DNA of 32,000 nt from Synechococcus sp. A15-28 (GTDB lineage Bacteria; Cyanobacteriota; Cyanobacteriia; PCC-6307; Cyanobiaceae), in assembly GCF_014280175.1 (NCBI RefSeq), contig NZ_CP047931.1, forward strand, positions 870,001 through 902,000, given 5' to 3'. The notes under the pieces are model-generated. The model was not told the DNA's origin. It saw only the letters and a program-made list of their open reading frames with translations, and did not search any database. Positions within the stretch are counted from its first letter, which is position 1. Each line of letters starts with the position of its first letter. The position numbers and the translations under genes are program-made. Of this stretch, positions 9,265 through 18,444 are shown piece by piece.

Positions 9265-9280
9265 TGAACCGGACCCTGGA

Positions 9281-9550
9281 TCAACGGCCTTCGCAGTGCC
9301 GGAAAGCCTTGAGTTCGTTGATTCTGCCAGGTCCCTGCTGGCTGCCGGGATTAATGGCATCACGCATCTGGATCTGCGCATCGACGCAACGGTTGAAGCG
9401 GTGATGTCTGACCGCCTGAGGAATGAGCAGCAGCGCCATGGCGAACAGGCTCAGGCTGCTGAAAGCAGCCAGCACGGGGTAGGCGTGGGCTCGCACCATC
9501 TCCCGGGCGGAAAGGGACTGATTGATGTGGTCGGTCATGACCTGGCACAT
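9281..9550 (-). CDS. Small membrane hypothetical protein
   Basis: 89 aa ORF with one TM and two Cys; same strand as PepSY/DUF3721 genes. Confidence 0.5.
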   Translation of the reverse strand: MCQVMTDHINQSLSAREMVRAHAYPVLAAFSSLSLFAMALLLIPQAVRHHRFNRCVDAQIQMRDAINPGSQQGPGRINELKAFRHCEGR

Positions 9551-9660
9551 TGCTTAGTCATTCTGGAGTGATGCTGATTGAGCCTTGCGTGGCCGGTAGC
9601 TTGTGGAGCCGATCCGAGCCCAGGGCCACACACCACGTGGTGAGCCAATCCCGTTCTGCG

Positions 9661-9774
9661 AATCCTGCCGACCAACGCTGGGGTTTCTGGCCGCTGCTGC
9701 CACTTAGCTCTTAGTTGCAGGAACAGTTCTGAAGGGCTTGTCCCTGAGTTGTCCCAAGTTTTTTGTGCAACTGG
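9661..9774 (+). repeat. Dispersed repeat copy B: remnant of the 5' part of the DUF4336 gene plus a non-coding tail
   Basis: Aligned by eye to 13500-13613 with 13 mismatches in 114 positions and no gaps; first ~41 bp also match 21211-21251. Confidence 0.85.
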
Positions 9775-9881
9775 GCCGATTTGTGGCCAAGCGAGCCTCA
9801 GCACTGCTGACCGATCTCCTGATCCTGCTTTTGAGTTAGGTGGAGCTGTTTTTTTGTCGTGGCTGTCGAATTATCCCTGCC

Positions 9882-9980
9882 TTGATCCATTCTACCTCTG
9901 AATCACTGCATCGATAGTGAACGTTGTTGCTGGTAAGTAAGAATCCTGGAGATCAATGCTGATGTTTCTTGGCGTTGCTA
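9882..9980 (+). repeat. Dispersed repeat copy D: strongly decayed copy of DUF4336-gene leader and first codons
   Basis: TTGATCCATTC…GAATCACTGCATCGATAGTGAACGTTGTTGCTGG…GAATCCTGGAGATCAATGCTGATGTTTCTTGG aligns to 21150-21245 (CTGATCCATTC…GAATCGCTGCATTGATGGTGAGCGTGGTGGCTGG…). Confidence 0.7.
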
Positions 9981-10327
9981 CTAATTAATTGTATTCACTA
10001 ATAGACAGCTTGAGATTCTTGTGCCTGATGTGTTTCTTTCGTTCTGTGTGCCTGTTTAATTCATGATGAAGCTCGACAGGATGGCCTTATATGAGTTTAC
10101 GACTCTCTTGAGCTAGCAAAGAAATTAATGGTTGCACAGTAAATTCTGCTTTTCTTAGGCTCAAGTTGATATTTGGGATTCAAATTAATTATGTCTTTCA
10201 GACTTCCAACTATCTGTGGATCTTTCAATAAATTGCAGGCTCGGCTTTGCGGGCAGCCAGTGGCTTCGGCAAAGCAGTCACTACCACCCTCGTTTCTTCT
10301 AGCTTTGTTGCAGGAAAGGTTCTACAC

Positions 10328-11044
10328 ATGTCTTCTGGCTGGACCTCGATGCAACGTGATCGGCAGCCCGAAGTCATGGACCAGCCGGGGCTCGATCCAG
10401 CCGAGCACGACCGAGCCCTTCAAGGTCTTCGTCGTATCAACGGAATCAGTCGCTGTGTGCCAGGGCTGTTTCGTCACGTAGAGGCGCTCGCAGGTGAGAG
10501 TCCAGCCACTCAGCTGAGCGTGCTTGAGCTGGCTTGCGGAGGTGGCGATACGGCGATTGAGCTTGCTGCGCTTGCCCGTAGACGCGATTTGGATGTATTG
10601 GTTCAAGCCTGCGATCTGAATCCTGAAGCGGTGCGTCTCGCCCGCCGCAATGTGGCCAGATCAGACAGCAACGTTGGTGTGTTTGTTGCTGATGCTTTGG
10701 ACCCGTCTGAATCCAAACAATTTGACGTGGTGTACTGCACCCTTTTTGTTCACCATCTCGATCCACCCGATGTGGTGCGCCTACTCAAAGGGATGACAGC
10801 TAGGGCTCGTCGACTTGTGATTGTCGATGATCTAATTCGCAGCCGTCTTGGGTATTCCTTGGCTTGGATGGGTACACGACTGCTGAGTCGATCCTGGGTG
10901 GTTCATCACGATGGTCCACTGTCGGTGAAGGGAGCTTTTACTCCTTCAGAGATCCTGGACCTCGCCTCTCAAGCTGGATTGCACGATTGTGTCTTGGAAC
11001 GGACCTGGCCCGAGCGCTACCGGCTCTGCTGGAGACCCCACTGA
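10328..11044 (+). CDS. Class I SAM-dependent methyltransferase, type III PKS-associated
   Basis: Motif I VLELACGGGDTAIELA; FDVVYCTLFVHHLDPPDVVRLL; AGGAAAGG-like RBS ahead of ATG 10328; operonic with FAD enzyme. Confidence 0.85.
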   Translation: MSSGWTSMQRDRQPEVMDQPGLDPAEHDRALQGLRRINGISRCVPGLFRHVEALAGESPATQLSVLELACGGGDTAIELAALARRRDLDVLVQACDLNPEAVRLARRNVARSDSNVGVFVADALDPSESKQFDVVYCTLFVHHLDPPDVVRLLKGMTARARRLVIVDDLIRSRLGYSLAWMGTRLLSRSWVVHHDGPLSVKGAFTPSEILDLASQAGLHDCVLERTWPERYRLCWRPH

Positions 11045-11045
11045 C

Positions 11046-12191
11046 ATGCAAAGCAATTGGGATGTAATCGTGATAGGGGCAGGAGTTGCCGGAGGCTTGG
11101 CAGCCTTCGATTGTGCAAATCGCGGCCTGCGAGTTCTGCTCGTCGAAAAACGGTCCTTCCCTCGCTGGAAGGTGTGTGGTTGCTGCTTTAACGCCAATGC
11201 CTTGGCAGCTCTGACTGCCACAGGCCTCCCGAACTTCTTTGATGATCAGGGTGCCGTGCCCCTCGATCAACTTCGTCTTGGTTGGGGTGGCAAGTCGCTC
11301 AAGCTTGAGTTGCCAGGCGGTTGGGCACTTTCGCGGGAGCGCTTCGATCAGGCTTTGGTCAACGCGGCTGAGGCTGCTGGTGCAACAGTGCGCTTTCAAA
11401 CCGGTGCCGTGCTTGAGGAGATCACTCCCGATGGGCGAATGGTGCGATTACGACCGCCGGGTGATGCTCCCATTGAACGGATCAGGGCCCGTGTGGTTCT
11501 CGTTGCAGCCGGACTGCAGCACCAGGTGATGTCCCCCTCCCATGCGGCCAGCTCGAGGAGCACCCCGGAATCGAGGCTTGGGGCAGGCTGCCTCATCAAT
11601 GATGACGACGGCTCCTACGAGTCAGGGGCGATTCATATGGCCATTGGCCAGCGTGGCTATGTCGGCTTGGTTCGACGTGAGGACTGTGCTCTCAACCTGG
11701 CGGCCGCTTTCGACCGCGCTGTGGTCAAGTCGTCTGGCGGTGTGGCGCGTGCGGCACAACTTGTTCTGACTCAAGCCGGCTTCACTTTGCCTCGAAGATT
11801 GGAGTCGTCTCGTTGGCAATTAACTCCTGCGCTCACCCGTCGTGCTGGTTTGTTCGCTGGGGATCGCTTTTTGTTGCTTGGCGACGCGACCGGTTATGTG
11901 GAACCGTTTACCGGTGAGGGTATGGCGTGGGCTCTCGCCGCTGGGGCGGCGGTTGCTCCATTTGTGGAGGAGGCTCAGGGTGAATGGTCAGCGGATCTCG
12001 AGCGTCGCTGGCAAAGGAGGTTGGTGGATCTGACGATCAGCCGTCAACGGGTTTGCAGTGTGTTGTCGACGTTGTTACGACAACCGCTCACCACAAATGT
12101 GTTGTTCAACCTTGGGTGCCAATGGCCTGCGATCCCGCAGCGCATTATTCGCAGCCTCAACCGGGTATCTCCTCTGATGGCGAGTTCCTAA
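11046..12191 (+). CDS. FAD-dependent oxidoreductase (geranylgeranyl-reductase/halogenase-like fold)
   Basis: GxGxxG (VIVIGAGVAGGLAA), KVCGCCFN, GDRFLLLGDATGYVEPFTGEGMAWAL. Confidence 0.88.
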   Translation: MQSNWDVIVIGAGVAGGLAAFDCANRGLRVLLVEKRSFPRWKVCGCCFNANALAALTATGLPNFFDDQGAVPLDQLRLGWGGKSLKLELPGGWALSRERFDQALVNAAEAAGATVRFQTGAVLEEITPDGRMVRLRPPGDAPIERIRARVVLVAAGLQHQVMSPSHAASSRSTPESRLGAGCLINDDDGSYESGAIHMAIGQRGYVGLVRREDCALNLAAAFDRAVVKSSGGVARAAQLVLTQAGFTLPRRLESSRWQLTPALTRRAGLFAGDRFLLLGDATGYVEPFTGEGMAWALAAGAAVAPFVEEAQGEWSADLERRWQRRLVDLTISRQRVCSVLSTLLRQPLTTNVLFNLGCQWPAIPQRIIRSLNRVSPLMASS

Positions 12192-12194
12192 ACC

Positions 12195-13283
12195 ATGCCT
12201 CTCATCCTTCATGGCATTGGTACGGCGGTGCCATCTCGGCGACTGAGCCAGGCAGATGCCGTGCAGGTGGCACATCGCATTAATGCCGAAACCCCTGAGC
12301 AGGTAAGGCTGATGACACGCATCTATCAGAAAACCAAGGTGCTCAGCCGTGGAAGTGTGCTGCTGGAGAAGGATGGAGACGATGGCGCGATCCAGGAGCG
12401 TCTCAGTTTCTACGGCGAAGAAAGCCCTGGTACCGCCGAACGGATGCAGGCGTTTGAGGATCATGCCGGTGAGCTGGCTCTTGAGGCCGCTGCAAAGGCG
12501 CTAAGCGATAGCGATATCTCAGCCACGGCGATCACGCATCTCGTCACTGTCAGTTGCACCGGTTTTCAGTCACCAGGTGTTGACCTTTTCTTGATTGAAA
12601 AGCTTGATCTATCGCCGAGTGTTCAGCGAACCCATATCGGATTCATGGGATGCCACGCTGCGCTGAATGGCTTGCGTGTTGCCCACGCCTTTGCGGAGAT
12701 GGATCCCAAGGCTGTTGTTCTGCTGTGCGCTGTAGAGCTTTGCAGCCTCCATATGGCTTATGGCTGGCACCCAGAGCAGGTTGTTGCCAACGCTTTGTTT
12801 GCCGATGGGGCGGCTGCCGTTGTCGCCTCCGTCAATCCTGTCCCTACCCATCAGACCTTGGCGTTGCGACGCAGTGGCTCGATGGTGATTCCAAACAGCT
12901 CAGATCTGATGCACTGGGAGATTGGCGACCATGGTTTTGCGATGGGCTTGTCGCCCCTTGTTCCGGAAACGGTTGGCGCTGCCTTGTTGCCCTGGTTGCG
13001 AGATTGGCTCAAAGAGCAGGCCATTGATCTTGAGGCGGTGACGAGCTGGGCTGTTCATCCAGGGGGCCCCAAGATTCTCTCGACCTGTGCCGAGGTTTTG
13101 TCGCTGGACCCAGGCCTACTGCACGAGTCCAGAGGCATACTTCAGGATCACGGCAACATGTCATCCGCAACGATTCTGTTCATCCTTGAACGGTTGAGGC
13201 GGCGGGAATGTTCCGGTCCTTGTCTTGCACTTGCCTTTGGCCCTGGGCTGAGTGCTGAGGTAGCACTTTTTGATTTTCAATAA
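12195..13283 (+). CDS. Type III polyketide synthase (chalcone/stilbene synthase-like)
   Basis: Cys-His-Asn triad contexts: TVSCTGFQSPGVD, WAVHPGGPKIL, DHGNMSSATILF; C-terminal AFGPGLSAEVALF. Confidence 0.93.
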   Translation: MPLILHGIGTAVPSRRLSQADAVQVAHRINAETPEQVRLMTRIYQKTKVLSRGSVLLEKDGDDGAIQERLSFYGEESPGTAERMQAFEDHAGELALEAAAKALSDSDISATAITHLVTVSCTGFQSPGVDLFLIEKLDLSPSVQRTHIGFMGCHAALNGLRVAHAFAEMDPKAVVLLCAVELCSLHMAYGWHPEQVVANALFADGAAAVVASVNPVPTHQTLALRRSGSMVIPNSSDLMHWEIGDHGFAMGLSPLVPETVGAALLPWLRDWLKEQAIDLEAVTSWAVHPGGPKILSTCAEVLSLDPGLLHESRGILQDHGNMSSATILFILERLRRRECSGPCLALAFGPGLSAEVALFDFQ

Positions 13284-13443
13284 CAGTCAATCTTCGTTTT
13301 GCCTGTTTCACTGCCTGAGGAATTAATACCGCATCTGAACATCTCTGTCTGATCAGATGATGTTGCTCGGCGATGTCACACCCGGGTAACCCTAAGGCGT
13401 CAGTGGCGTAAATCTTTTCAATGATTTTGTGCTGCCTTGCCCC

Positions 13444-13613
13444 TTTCCTTCAGCAGAATCACTGCATTGATGGGGAGCATGGTGGCCGGAGCTGGGGTGA
13501 ATCCTGCAGATCAGCGCTGGGGTTTCTGGCCGCTGCTGCCACTTAGCTATCAGTTGCGGCAACAGGTCTGAGAGGTTTGTCCCTGAGTTGTCCCTCGTTT
13601 TTTGTGCAACTGG
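13444..13613 (+). repeat. Dispersed repeat copy C: leader + first ~25 codons of DUF4336 gene, fused to tail shared with copy B
   Basis: GCAGAATCACTGCATTGATGG…GGGGTTTCTGGCCGCTGCTGCC matches 21165-21251; a 34-codon remnant ORF (13470-13571) MGSMVAGAGVNPADQRWGFWPLLPLSYQLRQQV* is readable. Confidence 0.9.
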
Positions 13614-13707
13614 TGCTGATGTTGTGCAACTGAGGCCTTTGTGGTTTTTGAAGCTGCCTTGTCAATCGTTTCCGATTGATTGGCTCTGATCAGTTGAGTC
13701 CCAGGTT

Positions 13708-15015
13708 CTAAGACCCCAGGATTGCTGTGCATTCCAGGCGTTCTTGGCAGGCATCACGGCGTTGTAAACGCAGATTGATCACTTGGGCGAGATAACGAGC
13801 ATCGTCGCTGACGCCGCAGAAGCGCCCAGACCCCCAGGTGTGCAGCCAAGGCAAGCCAATGAAATACAGCCCAGCGCTTTGGGTAACGCCGCGATCATGG
13901 GCCGGTAAACCACTCCCATCAAAAACGGGCGCCTCAATCCAGCTGAAGTTACTTCGGTAACCCGTGCACCAGATCACTGCGGCGAGCGGCTGTGAGCTCA
14001 GATCAATTCCTGGATCTTCGATGGGAGACGGCTGCCAACAGGGGGAATACGCCGGTTCGACTGGTGCATCGATCTCTTCCTGTTCGATCCAGCTGTCAAT
14101 GCTGGTGCGGATGCGGCAGTACACCGCATCGGCTTGATCAAGATTGTTGGCCAGGTCATCTGCGAAACCAACGTGTTCGCGGGAGAGGGTCAAGAGTCGG
14201 CCATGCAAATGCATGCCTTCCATCGCCCGTCGACGCAGATCAATCTCACGACCGCCGTCTCGGCCAGTGAGGTAGTGATTGGTCTTGGCTCGGACCGAGC
14301 GGGGATCCGCGTGATCGCTGATCGGCATGGCGTAGTAGCCCATGCGATCCAACCAATCCACAACGTCTTTGCCGCGATAGCGGCGTGGAGATCGTGGCGC
14401 TCGACCCACGCTCAGATGCACGGAACGACCTGCCAGGTGGAGATCTTCAGCGATCTGACTGCCGGATTGGCCATTGCCGACGACCAGCACTGGACCATCG
14501 GGGAGTGCCTCGGGATTGCGGTAGGACCGAGCATCCAGTTGCTGCACAGATGCTGGTAGGCGTTCGGCGTATGGATGACGTCGGGGGATGTGATAGCCCC
14601 CAGTGGCAACGATGACGTGTTCGGCCTCAATGACTCCCTCACTGGTGTCGAGGCGATACCCGTTCACAATGGGCTTCAACCGCGAGACGGCCACGCCCTC
14701 GCGAAGGTCGGCATTGACATGCTGAGCGAAGCGCTGGAGATAGTCCACAATCGACGACTTGCCCATGAAGCCTTCGGGCTGATCACCGTTGTAGGGAAAG
14801 TCGGGCAGACGGCATTGCCAGTTCGGTGTGACGAGGCAGAAGGAATCCCAGCGCTGTTGGTCCCAGGCGTACGCCACACGATTCTTCTCAAGAACGAGGG
14901 GTCGTATGCCTTGTTGCTGCAAGGCATAGGCAGCAGAAAGACCCGCCTGACCAGCACCAATGACCACTGCCGAACGTCGCTGGATTGACGTGTTGATTTG
15001 CGCGACCACTTGCAA
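13708..15015 (-). CDS. MSMEG_0569-family flavin-dependent oxidoreductase (Nit1C cluster, NitH-like)
   Basis: VVIGAGQAGLSAAYALQQQGI, NADPH site VVGNGQSGSQIAEDL, WCTGYRSNFSWIE; divergent to nitrilase operon. Confidence 0.88.
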   Translation of the reverse strand: MQVVAQINTSIQRRSAVVIGAGQAGLSAAYALQQQGIRPLVLEKNRVAYAWDQQRWDSFCLVTPNWQCRLPDFPYNGDQPEGFMGKSSIVDYLQRFAQHVNADLREGVAVSRLKPIVNGYRLDTSEGVIEAEHVIVATGGYHIPRRHPYAERLPASVQQLDARSYRNPEALPDGPVLVVGNGQSGSQIAEDLHLAGRSVHLSVGRAPRSPRRYRGKDVVDWLDRMGYYAMPISDHADPRSVRAKTNHYLTGRDGGREIDLRRRAMEGMHLHGRLLTLSREHVGFADDLANNLDQADAVYCRIRTSIDSWIEQEEIDAPVEPAYSPCWQPSPIEDPGIDLSSQPLAAVIWCTGYRSNFSWIEAPVFDGSGLPAHDRGVTQSAGLYFIGLPWLHTWGSGRFCGVSDDARYLAQVINLRLQRRDACQERLECTAILGS

Positions 15016-15188
15016 CGTCGACTTGCAAAAAACCTTTTAAAGGTATTGCTCGCTAAACGAACGATGCTGTAGTGAAAAGCACGGAATCGTCAATTGAGTG
15101 ATCTGCTGAATTCGTTGATTTGGTTGCAATAGGCACATCGCTGATCGCCGCAGAAGAGTCACGATTGAATAGCTTATAAAAAATTTAC

Positions 15189-15671
15189 ATGCCTGCCGTA
15201 GATCGTCCCGCCAATCAGCCTGGCGACTTCCTGGTTGACTACGAGGAAAAGGTTTTTCCTGATGTGAAAGCCGAGCCTGGTGAAAAGGCTCTTGTCACAT
15301 TTCATACCGTCGCTTTCGAGGGCTCGATTGGCCTGGTGAATTTGCTTCAAGCCAGTCGGCTGATCAACAAGGGCTTCGAAACCTCCGTTCTGCTCTATGG
15401 TCCAGGCGTGACATTGGGCGTGATGCGCGGCTTCCCTAAGCTTGGTGATGCGGCATTTGATGGTCACCTGAATTTCAATGCACGCCTGCAAAAATTCATG
15501 GATCAAGGAGGGAAAGTGTATGCCTGTCGCTTTGCTTTGCAGGCCTTGTATGGCCACGGTGAAAAAGCGTTGATGCCTGGAATCACTCCTGTGAATCCAC
15601 TTGATGTTCTCGATATTGTCTTGATGCACCGGAAGGAAGGCGCCTTCATTCTTGACACCTGGACGCTCTGA
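15189..15671 (+). CDS. MSMEG_0572/Sll0783 family nitrogen starvation response protein (NitB-like)
   Basis: Sequence pattern and position directly upstream of nitrilase in a Nit1C arrangement. Confidence 0.85.
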   Translation: MPAVDRPANQPGDFLVDYEEKVFPDVKAEPGEKALVTFHTVAFEGSIGLVNLLQASRLINKGFETSVLLYGPGVTLGVMRGFPKLGDAAFDGHLNFNARLQKFMDQGGKVYACRFALQALYGHGEKALMPGITPVNPLDVLDIVLMHRKEGAFILDTWTL

Positions 15672-15693
15672 TTCTTTCCGGAGGCTCTCCACT

Positions 15694-16692
15694 GTGACCA
15701 TAGTCAAAGTTGCTGCCGCGCAGATCCGTCCCGTCCTGTTCAGCCTGGACGGATCCCTGCAAAGAGTGCTGGATGCCATTGCCGAAGCCGCGGCTCAAGG
15801 CGTGGAATTGATCGTTTTTCCTGAAACGTTTCTGCCCTATTACCCCTATTTCTCGTTTGTTGAACCTCCGGTCTTGATGGGGAGATCCCATCTGGAGTTG
15901 TATGAGCAGGCTGTGGTGGTTCCTGGCCCTGTCACCGATGCCGTTGCGGCTGCTGCCCGTCAGCACGGCATGCAGGTTCTGTTGGGCGTCAACGAACGTG
16001 ATGGCGGAACGCTTTACAACACCCAGTTGTTGTTTAACAGCTGTGGAGAACTTGTTCTGAAGCGGCGAAAAATCACGCCGACTTACCACGAGCGGATGGT
16101 CTGGGGCCAAGGGGACGGCTCAGGTCTCAAGGTGGTGCAGACGCCTTTGGCTCGTATTGGCGCTTTGGCCTGCTGGGAGCACTACAACCCCCTAGCCCGT
16201 TACGCCTTGATGGCCCAGGGGGAGGAGATCCACTGCGCTCAGTTCCCGGGCTCATTGGTGGGCCCGATCTTCTCGGAACAGACCGCCGTCACCATGCGCC
16301 ATCACGCTCTTGAGGCCGGGTGTTTCGTGATTTGTTCCACCGGTTGGTTGCATCCCGATGACTATGCATCGATCACGTCTGAGTCGGGTCTTCACAAGGC
16401 GTTTCAAGGGGGGTGTCACACCGCTGTGATCAGCCCTGAGGGCCGTTATCTGGCAGGTCCTTTGCCGGATGGAGAGGGGTTGGCGATCGCCGATCTCGAT
16501 CTTGCCCTGATTACCAAGCGCAAACGGATGATGGACAGCGTCGGGCATTACAGCCGCCCAGAACTGCTGTCGTTGCAGATCAACAGTTCTCCTGCGGTTC
16601 CCGTTCAAGACATTTCGACTGCATCGGTTCCATTGGATCCGGCCACAGCTCCCGATGCCCTGTCATCGATGGAGGCCTTGAACCATGTCTGA
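15694..16692 (+). CDS. nitC: Nitrilase (Nit1 family, Nit1C cluster)
   Basis: Glu-Lys-Cys triad contexts: [60 protein letters not shown]; GTG start at 15694 preferred to ORF-track start. Confidence 0.93.
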   Translation: MTIVKVAAAQIRPVLFSLDGSLQRVLDAIAEAAAQGVELIVFPETFLPYYPYFSFVEPPVLMGRSHLELYEQAVVVPGPVTDAVAAAARQHGMQVLLGVNERDGGTLYNTQLLFNSCGELVLKRRKITPTYHERMVWGQGDGSGLKVVQTPLARIGALACWEHYNPLARYALMAQGEEIHCAQFPGSLVGPIFSEQTAVTMRHHALEAGCFVICSTGWLHPDDYASITSESGLHKAFQGGCHTAVISPEGRYLAGPLPDGEGLAIADLDLALITKRKRMMDSVGHYSRPELLSLQINSSPAVPVQDISTASVPLDPATAPDALSSMEALNHV

Positions 16693-17773
16693 GCTTGGTC
16701 GCCTGGTAACTGAATTGCAGGTGCATGGCGTGCGGGTTGACCCTGTGAAGGGCAATCCGGGACGACGGGGAGGTGCAGGTCCCTCCGACCACCGTGCCTT
16801 GGATCTCGATGGCACCACCGTGATGGTGCCCGTCTACAACGATGCCTCCGCTGGGTCTCCCTACAAGTTGGCATCCTCCGGTGCTGCTCTTGCCATTGAG
16901 GGACCCGAGCAGCATTGCACTGCTGAGATCACAACACCACGTGAGCCAGCGTTTTACGGCTTGAGCACAGCCGATGGAATCTCCTACCGATCGATTGCCT
17001 TGCTGCACAGCAAGGATGTATTGGCCACAACGTTGCTGCAGACCTGCATTCGTTTTCGGGATCGATCCCAGTCGTGCCAGTTTTGCGCGATTGAACAGTC
17101 GATCGAGGACGGGGCCTTGGTGCGCAAATCGCCTGAGCAGGTGGCGGAAGTGGCGGCAGCGGCTGTCCGACTGGACGGGGTCAAGCAACTGGTGATGACC
17201 ACCGGAACACCCAACAGTGACGATCGCGGAGCCCGTCTGATGGCTGAAACCGCGGAAGCCGTCAAGCGTCGGGTGAATCTACCGATCCAGGGCCAATGTG
17301 AACCTCCGGAAGATCCGCGCTGGTACCAGCGCATGAAGGACGCTGGAATTGACAGTCTCGGCATGCATCTGGAGGTGGTGGAGCCGGATGTGCGGCGTCG
17401 GATCCTTCCCGGGAAATCGGAGCTCAGTCTTGAGCGTTACTACGAGGCCTTCGCGGATGCCGTTGCGGTGTTCGGTCGCGGTGAAGTATCCACGTATCTG
17501 CTGGCCGGCCTGGGTGACAGCAAGGAGGCCTTGCTCGACTGCTGCCTACGGTTGATTGAACTCGGGGTGTACCCCTTTGTGGTGCCCTTTGTGCCGATCT
17601 CCGGAACACCCTTGGAGAGCCATCCATCACCGGACAGCTCCTTCATGGTTGATGTGTATCAGGGTGTTGCCGCGATGTTGAAGGCGGGGGACCTTCGATC
17701 CGAGCGGATGTCCGCCGGTTGTGCCAAATGCGGGGCTTGCTCCGCACTCTCATTGTTCGAGCAAGTGTCGTAG
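16685..17773 (+). CDS. MSMEG_0568 family radical SAM protein (NitD-like)
   Basis: [14 protein letters not shown] cysteine cluster; C-terminal CAKCGAC; position after nitrilase. Confidence 0.88.
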   Translation: MSELGRLVTELQVHGVRVDPVKGNPGRRGGAGPSDHRALDLDGTTVMVPVYNDASAGSPYKLASSGAALAIEGPEQHCTAEITTPREPAFYGLSTADGISYRSIALLHSKDVLATTLLQTCIRFRDRSQSCQFCAIEQSIEDGALVRKSPEQVAEVAAAAVRLDGVKQLVMTTGTPNSDDRGARLMAETAEAVKRRVNLPIQGQCEPPEDPRWYQRMKDAGIDSLGMHLEVVEPDVRRRILPGKSELSLERYYEAFADAVAVFGRGEVSTYLLAGLGDSKEALLDCCLRLIELGVYPFVVPFVPISGTPLESHPSPDSSFMVDVYQGVAAMLKAGDLRSERMSAGCAKCGACSALSLFEQVS

Positions 17774-17775
17774 TC

Positions 17776-18444
17776 ATGGTTTCGTGTCTTGATCCCAGCA
17801 GCTGCGGCATTGGCCGCAGCATCAGTTCCGCGCCCCACTTATTCACGCCCTCGGTGCGCGCTGGCATTGGTATCGATGCCGATGATTTCCGTCTGTCTCC
17901 CACCGCGAGTTCCAATCGTTTCACCTTTCATCTTCTGCGTGCCGACGCGCCGCTGATCCAGGGGTATTGGTCGTTGCGGCGCAACATCTTCTGCAGCGAG
18001 CAGCATGTGTTTGAAGCGTCTGATTGTGATGATCTCGACGCGATCGCCTACCCCATTGCGGCGGTGCATCACAGTTCAGAGCCAGCGCATGACGATGGCG
18101 TTGAAACCGATGTAGTTGGCGTGGTGCGGATTGTGGAAACAGAGCCGCGACTTTGGTATGGCGGTCGCCTCGGCGTGCATTCCGATTTCCGCCGTCATAA
18201 CCAGATTGGCAAGGGGTTGATCTGGAAGGCTGTCACCACTGCCAATGGCTGGGGATGTGACCGTTTCCTGGCCACGGTGCAGATTCAGAACGTCCGCTTT
18301 TTCCGCCGCTTGCACTGGACCTCGATCGATCAACTTGAGATTCGGGGCATACCCCATCACCTGATGGAAGCGGATCTCAACTACTACCTGCCCTCATGTG
18401 AGCAACGACCGTTCGCCTCGCATCACCTGTCAACTGCGGCGTGA
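17776..18444 (+). CDS. MSMEG_0567/Sll0786 family GNAT N-acetyltransferase (NitE-like)
   Basis: GVVRIVE…WYGGRLGVHSDFRRHNQIGKGLIWKAVTTA GNAT core; operon position. Confidence 0.85.
   Translation: MVSCLDPSSCGIGRSISSAPHLFTPSVRAGIGIDADDFRLSPTASSNRFTFHLLRADAPLIQGYWSLRRNIFCSEQHVFEASDCDDLDAIAYPIAAVHHSSEPAHDDGVETDVVGVVRIVETEPRLWYGGRLGVHSDFRRHNQIGKGLIWKAVTTANGWGCDRFLATVQIQNVRFFRRLHWTSIDQLEIRGIPHHLMEADLNYYLPSCEQRPFASHHLSTAA

Noticed and set aside
13470-13571. 34-codon ORF MGSMVAGAGVNPADQRWGFWPLLPLSYQLRQQV
   Set aside because: Considered as a small real gene; rejected as CDS because it is a truncated copy of the DUF4336 N-terminus, reported instead as repeat C.
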